DNA of 56,972 bases from a virus (taxonomy: Duplodnaviria > Caudoviricetes), in the IMG/VR virus record IMGVR_UViG_3300048837_000350, positions 1 to 56,972 of that record. One strand, given 5' to 3'. Made by a program: the position numbers and the translations under genes. The notes under the pieces are model-generated. The model worked only from the letters and a program-made list of their open reading frames with translations, was not told where the DNA came from and did no database searches. The first letter of the stretch is position 1. Each line of letters opens with the position of its first letter. Positions 27,084 to 35,658 of the stretch are shown here, in pieces.

Positions 27084-27262
27084 GACGTCACCTTCCTGAT
27101 CTGGTAAGAGTCGATATCGTTACGCACTAGGTTGATCTCGGCCAGCGCGTCTAGTAGTTGCCTTCGCAGTTGCGCTGGCAGATTGTTGTACTCGTCGTTG
27201 TAGTGGACGCAGATCGCGTCAAGCATGCTGCCGTACGCGTCACTGATTGAATCGCCAAGCAT
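27080..27262 (-). CDS. hypothetical protein
   Basis: 60 aa, GGAAGG SD. Confidence 0.6.
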   Translation of the reverse strand: MLGDSISDAYGSMLDAICVHYNDEYNNLPAQLRRQLLDALAEINLVRNDIDSYQIRKVTS

Positions 27263-27264
27263 GA

Positions 27265-27663
27265 CTATCCTTCCTTTGTGATTGTTGGATTGTCTACAAA
27301 TCGTGCTACTAGTTCAACGACGTTGTCGGACACGAACATGGTCTGGAAGTATTCCATCAACGCCTTCTTGGAGTAGCGGTCAACACCCTGCCCACGGTCT
27401 GGTCGAATCCACTCCATCGGATGACACTGACGTACTAGGAAACCACGATCACTAGAGTGGATCTCGTCGCCGACGACAGTGCTGAAGCGCTTCCAGTCCT
27501 TGTCGTGGCTACAGGATACGACGACGTAGCGCCCATCTTCGCCTTGCTCTTGCCCGTCCACTGGTAGTTCCCAGCGGATGCTTCGCTGCTGCTTGCCGTA
27601 CATGTCAACCTTAAATGCGGTGACGTTGCCATTGCTTAGTGCGTATGTTTCTCGGTAGTTCAT
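27265..27663 (-). CDS. hypothetical early protein
   Basis: 132 aa, downstream of a consensus promoter. Confidence 0.7.
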   Translation of the reverse strand: MNYRETYALSNGNVTAFKVDMYGKQQRSIRWELPVDGQEQGEDGRYVVVSCSHDKDWKRFSTVVGDEIHSSDRGFLVRQCHPMEWIRPDRGQGVDRYSKKALMEYFQTMFVSDNVVELVARFVDNPTITKEG

Positions 27664-27696
27664 GATGTAGCCTCCCTGTTTGTCTCTGTACTAGTC

Positions 27697-27725
27697 ATCT
27701 TAGCGTGCTTGTCGGACGCTGTCAA
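27697..27725 (-). promoter_or_regulatory. early SigA-type promoter
   Basis: Reverse complement TTGACA-GCGTCCGACAAGCACGC(17)-TAAGAT. Confidence 0.8.
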
Positions 27726-28642
27726 CCCTTGTGTCGAATCGGCATGCACAATCCCATGATCACGTCGCCAGTAGGTGAGTGGAATGTAATCGGCTTGAGC
27801 GGGCCAGTCGTGCCAACGATAGCCCACGGCATAGCCTTCTCCATGTTGCGCATGTACTCGCCGTTCGCGTAAACAGCGTAGCCGGACACCGACAACCTGA
27901 TCATATGCTTCGTAGTCTTGGTGGCCTCAAGGTCGATAGCCGTGTCCATGACGCAGCCGATATGCTCAAGCTCAAACGTGGCCCGTGTGCGCTCGCCCTC
28001 CATCAGCATGTGCAGGTTAGGGATAGGACGCCCAGTCTGGCACGCGTACATGACTAGCACGCCAGCCTTCTGCGACACTGCAACGAGGATGTCCTGCCGT
28101 AGCATCGGCAAGTCTCCGTCACGCAGATGCGCAACCTGCAAGTCTCCCAGCATAGTCTTCGGCAAGTCCACTAGCATGCGCCCGATGTTGTCGTAGTCCT
28201 TCGGCGCTCCGTAGCGAATCATGCTATAGCTATCGGTCACGTATATGAACCCGTCAGTGACGTGCCCGGTTGCAAGCACGTCATCATGACCGCGCACCTT
28301 CCGCTCATTCTTCACGATCTCCTTCGCGCCGGGTAGCTCCAGCTTGCGCGGAGACGTAAGTCCGATACGGTCTAGGTTATCCATGATGTGATCGAACGCG
28401 GCCAATGTGACAGCGTCACAATCGAACATGACCATGCCGCTAGTCTCGCCGTTACACTCGGACAGCGGCACGATAGCGCACGTGGCAGGATGTGAAGAGT
28501 AGCTGTACTTACTCGCCTTCACTGCAACATACCCGCCGGGTACCATGATGCTCTCACCGCTGACGCTCTGCCGCCCGCCCGTGATTCGCCGTGCGTATGC
28601 TTGCATGGACTTGGTTACTGGTGTTTTCGTTTGCGTTGTCAT
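27722..28642 (-). CDS. divergent beta-clamp-like protein
   Basis: VTDSYSM, PIPNLHML and C-terminal PLKPITF...GLCMPIR parallel the DnaN motifs. Confidence 0.5.
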   Translation of the reverse strand: MTTQTKTPVTKSMQAYARRITGGRQSVSGESIMVPGGYVAVKASKYSYSSHPATCAIVPLSECNGETSGMVMFDCDAVTLAAFDHIMDNLDRIGLTSPRKLELPGAKEIVKNERKVRGHDDVLATGHVTDGFIYVTDSYSMIRYGAPKDYDNIGRMLVDLPKTMLGDLQVAHLRDGDLPMLRQDILVAVSQKAGVLVMYACQTGRPIPNLHMLMEGERTRATFELEHIGCVMDTAIDLEATKTTKHMIRLSVSGYAVYANGEYMRNMEKAMPWAIVGTTGPLKPITFHSPTGDVIMGLCMPIRHKG

Positions 28643-28643
28643 G

Positions 28644-28793
28644 TTATTGCTCCTCGTCTGTGTCTAGGATGTCTCGGCCAGACATGCGAACGATGTCGGC
28701 AATCTCTTCCAGTGTGTCTGCGCTCCAGTCGTTAGCCGACATGATGTCGGTTATTAGGTTCAGCGCATGCTCGTCTGATATCTCGCGCATCAT
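28644..28793 (-). CDS. 49-aa acidic microprotein (below ORF-track cutoff)
   Basis: MMREISDEHALNLITDIMSANDWSADTLEEIADIVRMSGRDILDTDEEQ*. Confidence 0.6.
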   Translation of the reverse strand: MMREISDEHALNLITDIMSANDWSADTLEEIADIVRMSGRDILDTDEEQ

Positions 28794-29275
28794 GCACCGC
28801 CCTTGTTAACCTTGACCGAACGCGTACCCGTAGACTCGGCAACGTACCGAAGCACCCACTTCTCGCCCGCCGCCATAGCGTCAAGCGCCTTCAGGTCTGC
28901 CTTATGGAATACAATCGGCAGCATGTCGGGACGCTTACGCTTCAGCGCCCGATACAGTAGCGTGTTGTTAACCTCGCGCACCCGTGGCGCTTTGGTTACT
29001 GTAACGCCACCGTACACGCCCGGATCTGCCGCCTGTAGCTTCGCCTTAATCGGTGCTTGCAAGTCCTTACACGCGCTCACGATAGCCTCAAGCGCTGCGT
29101 ACTCGGTACCCATAGCGTCAAGGCTACGCGCCTTAGAATCTGGCACACTCGCCACGATATCTAGTGCCGCCTGTATTGCCTTCCCGCGTCCGTCCCTAGA
29201 CTCCAGCGCGGTAGCGATAGAATCCATCAGTGCTTGCATGTCGGCAGTTGCCTGCCCGGTAGTTTCTGTTTTCAT
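28790..29275 (-). CDS. hypothetical early protein
   Basis: 161 aa, GGAAGGCTATACC SD. Confidence 0.7.
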   Translation of the reverse strand: MKTETTGQATADMQALMDSIATALESRDGRGKAIQAALDIVASVPDSKARSLDAMGTEYAALEAIVSACKDLQAPIKAKLQAADPGVYGGVTVTKAPRVREVNNTLLYRALKRKRPDMLPIVFHKADLKALDAMAAGEKWVLRYVAESTGTRSVKVNKGGA

Positions 29276-29301
29276 GGTATAGCCTTCCGTTCGTGTATGG
29301 A

Positions 29302-29574
29302 CTAAATATCGTAGTAACTGCGTTCTTCGCTGTTGCGGTCGTATAGGTGTTCTCGCATGGCGTCAATGTCTTCCCACGTGTCGCGGATCTCCTCGCATGC
29401 CACCGATCCATCGGGGAATGTCCACCCCGGTGTATGCCGGTCGATATCGATGAACGTAGCCACGATGCCGTGCCGCTCCTTCAGCCACACGGTAATCTGT
29501 GGGAATGATCCGTACCATCCGCTATTGTCGTCGCTATTGTCTAGTATCTGTACCGCGCGTTCTGCAAGGTTCAT
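29302..29574 (-). CDS. hypothetical protein
   Basis: MNLAERAV..., GGAGG SD. Confidence 0.6.
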   Translation of the reverse strand: MNLAERAVQILDNSDDNSGWYGSFPQITVWLKERHGIVATFIDIDRHTPGWTFPDGSVACEEIRDTWEDIDAMREHLYDRNSEERSYYDI

Positions 29575-29711
29575 GATGTCTCGCCTCCAAATCTCCTGCC
29601 CGCACACTTAACGCGCACCGGGCAATCTCCGCATGCCAGCATCCATAGGTCTGCCAGTGTTCCATCCCACGTCCGCCAACCGGACGAACCTATCTGTACC
29701 CTGTAGTTCAT
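29571..29711 (-). CDS. 46-aa hypothetical protein
   Basis: MNYRVQIGSSGWRTWDG..., GGAAGG SD. Confidence 0.5.
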   Translation of the reverse strand: MNYRVQIGSSGWRTWDGTLADLWMLACGDCPVRVKCAGRRFGGETS

Positions 29712-29739
29712 ATCGCACCTTCCGTTGTAGTTACATTCC

Positions 29740-29768
29740 ATCATAGCGCCAATGTCGGACGCTATCAA
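29740..29768 (-). promoter_or_regulatory. early SigA-type promoter
   Basis: Reverse complement TTGATA-GCGTCCGACATTGGCGC(17)-TATGAT. Confidence 0.75.
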
Positions 29769-30787
29769 CCCTTTAGCGCACGCTTAAGCCGGTTCTCGCG
29801 TCGCTCAGTCTTCCCAAAGCGTCCCGCCAGTTTATGCCCGGCCACCCATATCTGCGCCTGTACATCACGGGGAGGCAATCCAACCTCCGCCGCTATAGTG
29901 CGCACCGCATCAGACATCGCTGCATACTGCCAGCCGTTTGGGGATGTCTTAGACTCTATCCCTGCCAGTAGTAGCATATGAACGTCAACGGTAACGGCAC
30001 TAGACGTTGCGCTGTATAGGTTGCGTGCGTATGCCCAGCGCTTCTGCGCATCATACCCGAAGCGTACCATCGCACCCCGCGCACATTCCCGAGCAGATTC
30101 GCGAAAAACTGTCATACCGTGTTCGGCCTTAGACGTATCCCCGAGCGCACCGGGCAGCAGGACGTCCCGAGCGCGTTCCCACTTCGCACGTGGACTGACA
30201 GCGCTTGCAACCTCGCACGATGTACGCGCATCCGCACCATAACGCGCACCGATAGACTTAACCGCTAGACCCTCCAGACGGTACCATTCCGCCGCATCGG
30301 CCAGCGTATCCGCATCGGCCAGCGATAGGATCTGCCGATACCGCTTAAGCGCATCACGTTGTAGTTTCCGGTACGCCTTCGCGGTACGATTCTGCCATTC
30401 CCGCGAATCATCCAACGGTTGCATGATTGCATAGCACCCAAAACCGGTCAACGCGTTGCGCAGCGAATCGTGTAGGCGCTCAAGGTTAGCCTCCGCAATG
30501 TCTGCGACAACTACCTTAGAACGCTTCCCGGCATACACGCCGATAGCCTGCCTGCAATCCGTCGCACCATTACGCTCAAGCACGCCAGTCACGTAGTCTA
30601 CCGTCGCACCATTACAATCCACCGATACAATCGCGCGGTCTAGTCGCACCTGCCCATAGTCTCCAGCAGCATAACGTGCGCTGCAGAACACTTCGCACTG
30701 TACTACACGCTTACCCTTGCTCAGCCAATATCCGGCATCGTCGCCAGCGTAATAGGTACCGTCAATAATCGTTGCAGCCCGTGTCAT
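29765..30787 (-). CDS. DUF7178-like protein (possible HhH DNA-glycosylase-like fold) with extra N-terminal domain
   Basis: EWY...A..SP...W...KR..Y..N...VTVDVHM...QY....A......P..VQA.IW. Confidence 0.55.
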   Translation of the reverse strand: MTRAATIIDGTYYAGDDAGYWLSKGKRVVQCEVFCSARYAAGDYGQVRLDRAIVSVDCNGATVDYVTGVLERNGATDCRQAIGVYAGKRSKVVVADIAEANLERLHDSLRNALTGFGCYAIMQPLDDSREWQNRTAKAYRKLQRDALKRYRQILSLADADTLADAAEWYRLEGLAVKSIGARYGADARTSCEVASAVSPRAKWERARDVLLPGALGDTSKAEHGMTVFRESARECARGAMVRFGYDAQKRWAYARNLYSATSSAVTVDVHMLLLAGIESKTSPNGWQYAAMSDAVRTIAAEVGLPPRDVQAQIWVAGHKLAGRFGKTERRENRLKRALKG

Positions 30788-31137
30788 GATGTAGCCTCCT
30801 TATAGTCTGCGATAATCCACTCAAGCAGTTCGGATGAATCCTCGGCATCATCCCCGCGAAGTGTTGCGATGTCATCCATAACACGTTCAAACCGCAGGTC
30901 GTGTTGATTGTGGTGCGCGTGATTATCCGCCGTGTTCCACCGATGAAGGGCCACGCTATCCCATGCCCAAACCCCGGCCTCTTCCAGAATCACCTCAAGA
31001 AGTGAGATTGCCAGAAGCTTCTCCGCCTCCTGCGCAGACTTCTCCGCCGCGTTCGCCGTAACACGCAGAATCCGCGCATCCTCCAATAGTCTAGTTTCAG
31101 TAGATAGAAACATGAGCTTCATCCTTCCAGTTGTCAT
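30784..31137 (-). CDS. hypothetical protein
   Basis: 117 aa; start uncertain. Confidence 0.55.
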   Translation of the reverse strand: MTTGRMKLMFLSTETRLLEDARILRVTANAAEKSAQEAEKLLAISLLEVILEEAGVWAWDSVALHRWNTADNHAHHNQHDLRFERVMDDIATLRGDDAEDSSELLEWIIADYKEATS

Positions 31138-31291
31138 TCAGTTCCCCGTACACTTGACCCGTACCGTCGAAGCAATACCCTGCCCACGTGTCGGGATGTA
31201 CGCGCACGGACAGTTCATAGCAGTTCGCATCAGCAGGGCCACTAAACGTCACTAGTGTCGCTAGTAGAATCGTTAGCATCACGCACCCCAC
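31097..31291 (-). CDS. small secreted protein
   Basis: Hydrophobic signal-like N-terminus, paired Cys. Confidence 0.5.
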   Translation of the reverse strand: MGCVMLTILLATLVTFSGPADANCYELSVRVHPDTWAGYCFDGTGQVYGELNDNWKDEAHVSIY

Positions 31292-31512
31292 TCAAGCCGC
31301 GCCTGTAGTTGCGCAATCTCCCACGCCTCACCAGCGGTCATGAACACGGCATATGATCCGCCGACATCGGGTAGTTCTGCCTTCACGCGTACAATCGGCA
31401 CACCGCGCTTAACCTCCTGCACGTCGCATCGGCACGAGCTAGGTTCATCACGTGCGCATCCGTCCTCGTGCCGTAGGTACGTGTCTTGAATATATGTTTG
31501 GACTATGTTCAT
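31279..31512 (-). CDS. hypothetical protein
   Basis: AGGAGG SD; HxxxC...CxC. Confidence 0.6.
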   Translation of the reverse strand: MNIVQTYIQDTYLRHEDGCARDEPSSCRCDVQEVKRGVPIVRVKAELPDVGGSYAVFMTAGEAWEIAQLQARLEWGA

Positions 31513-31540
31513 CGGTTCATTCCTCCTGTATCGTGTTGAC

Positions 31541-31879
31541 CTAGGCTAGTGCAGCAGCGCCACACTCAAGCATCACGCGCATATCCGTGATTAGCTCCAA
31601 CGCGGCATCCACCGAATCGGCCGCGCACACAATCGCCTCCGGGGTACCCGTAGCGAATCCCGTACCCTGCCTAAGACCTGCAGCGAATAGGCGTTCAATC
31701 GTACTAGCCGATACATTCCCGCGTGCCGTATATCCGCGCACCCCGAACATATCTTCTGCAATAGCGTCACTAGTTAAGCGTGCGAGAGTCTCGCGTGCAG
31801 CACGCACAACCGCCGCAGGTGACCCGCTAGCAATCTGCGCCACGTTACCATTAGCACTGTAAACGTAGAGATTAGACAT
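31541..31879 (-). CDS. hypothetical early protein
   Basis: MSNLYVYSANG..., preceded by GGAAGGCTAATA. Confidence 0.65.
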   Translation of the reverse strand: MSNLYVYSANGNVAQIASGSPAAVVRAARETLARLTSDAIAEDMFGVRGYTARGNVSASTIERLFAAGLRQGTGFATGTPEAIVCAADSVDAALELITDMRVMLECGAAALA

Positions 31880-32048
31880 TATTAGCCTTCCGTTGGATTG
31901 ATTGATACCCGGCATGCGCCGGATCATACGCACGTCAACGTGCGCACGATTCGAAGCACTGTAAGCACAATCTTCCCGAACCTGCCAGCGGTATCCACCT
32001 GCCAGCCCAACCTATACGCGGGAACCTTCCCGCTATGTACTCAAACCG

Positions 32049-32288
32049 TTACGGTAGTGCCCGCTTAAACGCACCCGGCGCAGGCGCTGGCCTATCTTCC
32101 CGCACGCCTTCAAACGATAGCGATAGATCGACCGCGCCGCTATGCACGCGAATCGTGCGGGCTACAGTATCGCGCCGATTCTTCCCCGCATTGCGCGCGG
32201 TGGCAGGCTGCTCAGGATAGCGCGCGCCGATAGCATCCGCCAATCGCGCACGTTCGCGTTCACGCTTGCCTAGCCTACGCGTAGCCAC
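32049..32288 (-). CDS. basic hypothetical protein, first gene of the leftward early operon
   Basis: GGAGGTG SD before GTG32288. Confidence 0.45.
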   Translation of the reverse strand: MATRRLGKRERERARLADAIGARYPEQPATARNAGKNRRDTVARTIRVHSGAVDLSLSFEGVREDRPAPAPGAFKRALP

Positions 32289-32829
32289 TAGAGCACCTCC
32301 AGAGTCAACACGCCACCATACGCAGCAGCATCCGCAGAGCGTGCCCAAATAGCGCGCAAATCTTCAGAGCCAAGAACCGCCAAGAGAGTCAAGCGCGCCC
32401 TAATGATTCCATTACAGTCAGTAAGAGTCAGTATCACGTGTAAGCCTTCTAAGTAAGTGGCCAGTAGGCCGTTCAACCTTATGTCTTCAGTATCGTCCTA
32501 ACCTAGCCGTTTGATTAGTCCAACGTCCAAGCAGGCCGACTATCTCTCTCTTTTTTCCTGCTTCTTAGCCAAATAACTCCTGATCCACGTGTGCGTACTA
32601 TGGTTCGTTACGTGGTGTTTATTTACTGTGGTCGTGTGCGCGTGCGCGTGTGGGGGATTGTGATTCTCACCGGAAGATTTGCAAGTGGTATCCACTGCGA
32701 TGTGGAAGTATTGTTTTTTCCTGCTATTGATCGTTCTGTGTGTACAGGATTTTCTGCAAATGTTGGTATAGAATCATCGGTAAAGTCCCTGCAAAATATC
32801 TGTGATATTTACCGGGGTGGTGAATATGC

Positions 32830-32858
32830 TTGATTTGGTGAATGTGTCGTGACACAAT
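32830..32858 (+). promoter_or_regulatory. rightward promoter
   Basis: TTGATT-N17-CACAAT. Confidence 0.5.
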
Positions 32859-32891
32859 GGTGGGACTTGTTCACTACTAGGAAGGCTACGC

Positions 32892-33341
32892 ATGTCTACT
32901 GATATTGCTTGTGGTAGGAGCGCGTATGTTGCGTGTTCTCAGGATGTTGATGATCGTGTTGAGGTGAGTACGAATCCCGATCTTGTTGATCCGGGGTTTG
33001 TGCATGTGAGTGTGACTCAGGTCGATGACTCGAATGAGGTTGTGCTTACGAAGGCTAGTGCGTTGTTTCTTGCTGATCAGTTGAGGTCGATTGCTTCTAG
33101 TGTTCAGAGTCCTGCGCGTGCTGGCTGTGATGGTGAGGATCAGATTGCGCGTGTGAGGTTTGCTCCGAATGGTAAGCAGTATTGCTACTACGCTCCTGCT
33201 CGCGCGGAGGTTGGTGATTTGTTGAAGGTGACCACGTATGGTAGCAAGGAGAATCTTGTGGAGATCGTGGCGCTTGGTCGCGGGTTTTATGAGGGGCCTA
33301 TCAGTGAGTGTGATGCGTGGTATCGGAAGGGTAGTTCATGA
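32892..33341 (+). CDS. hypothetical protein
   Basis: AGGAAGGCTACGC SD. Confidence 0.7.
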   Translation: MSTDIACGRSAYVACSQDVDDRVEVSTNPDLVDPGFVHVSVTQVDDSNEVVLTKASALFLADQLRSIASSVQSPARAGCDGEDQIARVRFAPNGKQYCYYAPARAEVGDLLKVTTYGSKENLVEIVALGRGFYEGPISECDAWYRKGSS

Positions 33342-33649
33342 GTATTCAGGAGAGTAGTCGTCGCGTGTATCGTTATCGCCTCCCGCTACAGGTCGTGTCT
33401 GTGGAGACTGATTGGCCCGTAGGTTCGGTTCCTATCAGTGTCGCCTTACGAGGTGACGAGTTTGATGTGTGGGCTGATGTCCCGTATCCGGATCTTAGGA
33501 AAGTCTCTAAGCGATTCTTTGTTGTTGGTACTGGCCAGAGTGTTCCTCGTTGCGATGTGTTCTTAGGAACGCTTGTACAGTTTGCGGAGGATGCTCCTGA
33601 TGGCCGTTGGGTGTGGCATGTGTTTCATGATCCGGATGAGGGTGTCTGA
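33338..33649 (+). CDS. DUF7352-like phage protein
   Basis: VYRY.L...P.G..PISV.....VWA.V...F.VVGTG.....FLGT......VWHVF. Confidence 0.65.
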   Translation: MSIQESSRRVYRYRLPLQVVSVETDWPVGSVPISVALRGDEFDVWADVPYPDLRKVSKRFFVVGTGQSVPRCDVFLGTLVQFAEDAPDGRWVWHVFHDPDEGV

Positions 33650-34098
33650 TGAGTAAGTCTGGTGCTTATGCTAGTGCAGAGTCTCAAGTGATTCTTCAGG
33701 CACGCTTATTGAAGAATCTGATTGACGAGGATGAGGATCGTGTGAGGCTTAGTATTGGCTCGTCTTTGTGGACGCGTTTGGATGACTTGTTTGCTGCGCT
33801 CGATGAGTTGGATGTTGTGGTTGCTGATGAGTGTGAGCCGATTCGTCCGGTGACTACGTGTCCGGGTGCTGCGTTGAAGCGTGTGGTTGATGGGACTCAC
33901 GAGTATGGTGATCAGCATTTGGTAACTATCGCTGGTGATCATCCGTTGATTGGGGAGAGTATCTCTGTGTTCCGTATTCTGGGTGCGTATTTTCAGGGTG
34001 TTGCTGATCATAGTGATAGTGAGGCTATTGTTGATAGTGCTGTTGCGTATGGTGAGTGGTGTAGTCGTATGGCTACTCAGTGGGAGGATTTAGCGTGA
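33649..34098 (+). CDS. hypothetical protein
   Basis: TGATG coupling. Confidence 0.65.
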   Translation: MSKSGAYASAESQVILQARLLKNLIDEDEDRVRLSIGSSLWTRLDDLFAALDELDVVVADECEPIRPVTTCPGAALKRVVDGTHEYGDQHLVTIAGDHPLIGESISVFRILGAYFQGVADHSDSEAIVDSAVAYGEWCSRMATQWEDLA

Positions 34099-34355
34099 GT
34101 GAGTTGGAGCAGGCGGTAATCAAAGCCGCACGAGAAGTAGTTGAGACTTGGCAAATCAATATGGAGCCAATGAACGAGCGGGAACTATTACTAGCTCAAC
34201 ACATTCAGGCTCTAGACGAGTCACTTCGTCCCGATCCATGGCAGTTACTAGAGCGCATGTACGCCTATCACAATCATAAGGGTGGAATGGCCATGGAAGA
34301 CCCGAGGGGCAAGGTTCATGCGGCGTTGGAGTGGAGGCGAACCCATGAAGAATGA
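34095..34355 (+). CDS. cassette gene 1, hypothetical
   Basis: GGAGG SD; ends ...HAALEWRRTHEE. Confidence 0.6.
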   Translation: MSELEQAVIKAAREVVETWQINMEPMNERELLLAQHIQALDESLRPDPWQLLERMYAYHNHKGGMAMEDPRGKVHAALEWRRTHEE

Positions 34356-34530
34356 ACCATTCAAAGAACTTGAGCAATCTTGGCGATGCGAGTGCGGGTT
34401 CATAGACGTACATTCAGATGGGTGCAAGAACTGTGACGGTGGATGGGATCGCGGCGGCTACATAGAAATACCACTTGAGCGGCGCATCGAGCATATTGAG
34501 GATTATTTGAGAGGACTACCCCATGACTGA
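34345..34530 (+). CDS. cassette gene 2, small Zn-finger-like protein
   Basis: Start supplied by the repeat; CECG...CKNC. Confidence 0.6.
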   Translation: MKNEPFKELEQSWRCECGFIDVHSDGCKNCDGGWDRGGYIEIPLERRIEHIEDYLRGLPHD

Positions 34531-34568
34531 TGGCAAGGTTCATGCAGCGTTGGAGTGGAGGCGAACCC

Positions 34569-34754
34569 ATGCCGTATAGCGGGCCGTCATGCACAGCGGA
34601 AGTGAGGGATTGGACAGACCGTGTGGTTGGGTGGACCTTTAGGTGGCCAGAGGCATCGCATAAGTGTGGAAAAAGGAAGAACCTTGAGTGGGTTATGTAT
34701 GGCTACAGATGCCCCGCCCATTATGAAGAGTGGAGGCGAACCCATGAAGAATAG
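34569..34754 (+). CDS. cassette gene 3, small Cys/Trp-rich protein
   Basis: Start supplied by the repeat; ends EEWRRTHEE. Confidence 0.55.
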   Translation: MPYSGPSCTAEVRDWTDRVVGWTFRWPEASHKCGKRKNLEWVMYGYRCPAHYEEWRRTHEE

Positions 34755-34944
34755 AACAGACAAGCATGGGTGGCCACTGTCTTGCGTCGTTTGTGGGGCA
34801 GCCATTATTCACGAATCCTACGAGGATCTAGTCTTCTACAAGTGCGGGGGCGAAGGCAATAAGTGGGGATGGATTGGTGGCGATTGGCGGTGCGATGAAC
34901 TCAATGCAATCAACCCAGTGAATAGGAGGGGCAACCATGACTGA
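34744..34944 (+). CDS. cassette gene 4, small Zn-finger-like protein
   Basis: Start supplied by the repeat; CVVC...C...C. Confidence 0.6.
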   Translation: MKNRTDKHGWPLSCVVCGAAIIHESYEDLVFYKCGGEGNKWGWIGGDWRCDELNAINPVNRRGNHD

Positions 34945-35398
34945 TGGTTTCATCCCAGCAAGCGACCGCGAATATCGCTTCGAGATTGTTGAACGAGACG
35001 GAGACTATTGGCTTACTCACAAGACTGCGTATTCGGTGACTGAGTGGCCTATCATTTCGATGGCTGATGGAGAGTCTGCCGCTCTTGTAGTGGCTGCGGA
35101 TCGGCGTATCGCGGAACTCGAAGCAGACCAACGAGACTGGCGTAAAGGAGTTGAGCTTATTGCATCCTCGCTTGGCGAGTTCGCCCCTGCCAATCTTTCC
35201 TGTGTCCGTATCGCTGAGGTTGCTCTTGGAGTGCGGGCAGAGGCCGAACAACTTGCCGAGGCGCGGAGTCTCATAGACGAACTCGCGGAACAGCTAATCG
35301 AACATAGCTCAACGAATGGAAGCGCAAAGATCCCGTCACACCATAAAGCCAACACAGTGCTTGCCAAGGTTGAGGCGTATCGAAAGGAACAAGCATGA
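34937..35398 (+). CDS. hypothetical coiled-coil protein
   Basis: AGGAGG SD. Confidence 0.65.
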   Translation: MTDGFIPASDREYRFEIVERDGDYWLTHKTAYSVTEWPIISMADGESAALVVAADRRIAELEADQRDWRKGVELIASSLGEFAPANLSCVRIAEVALGVRAEAEQLAEARSLIDELAEQLIEHSSTNGSAKIPSHHKANTVLAKVEAYRKEQA

Positions 35399-35658
35399 GT
35401 AAGTGCATAAGGCAGTCTTGTGATAACCCTCCGGCGTTCGGAGCCTTTTGCATTGACCACGTAGACGATGAATACAAGGACGTGGGCATCGTAGAGGCTG
35501 CTTTCAGGCTACGGGACGCGCGAAAACGGATGGACGATGCTCGGGGCAGTAACGACCACTATGGACGTGCTCAGTTACGAGAGCAGGAGGGTCGTGCTGG
35601 TCGGGCATTAGATAAGGCCGTGGACATGCTCCGCGAGATTCAGGACGGTAAAGCATGA
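35395..35658 (+). CDS. hypothetical protein with Cys/His cluster
   Basis: C....C.........C..H. Confidence 0.6.
   Translation: MSKCIRQSCDNPPAFGAFCIDHVDDEYKDVGIVEAAFRLRDARKRMDDARGSNDHYGRAQLREQEGRAGRALDKAVDMLREIQDGKA

Larger units (their letters stand above)
34308..34947 (+). repeat. gene-junction direct repeats
   Basis: 40-nt repeat at 34308-34347 and 34532-34571 (1 mismatch). Core GAGTGGAGGCGAACCCATG again at 34728-34746. CCATGACTGATGG at 34521-34533 and 34935-34947. Confidence 0.9.

Noticed and set aside
34308-34752. Repeats as a CRISPR array
   Set aside because: Only three copies, spacers of ~150-200 nt that are coding, repeat contains SD plus ATG, no cas operon.
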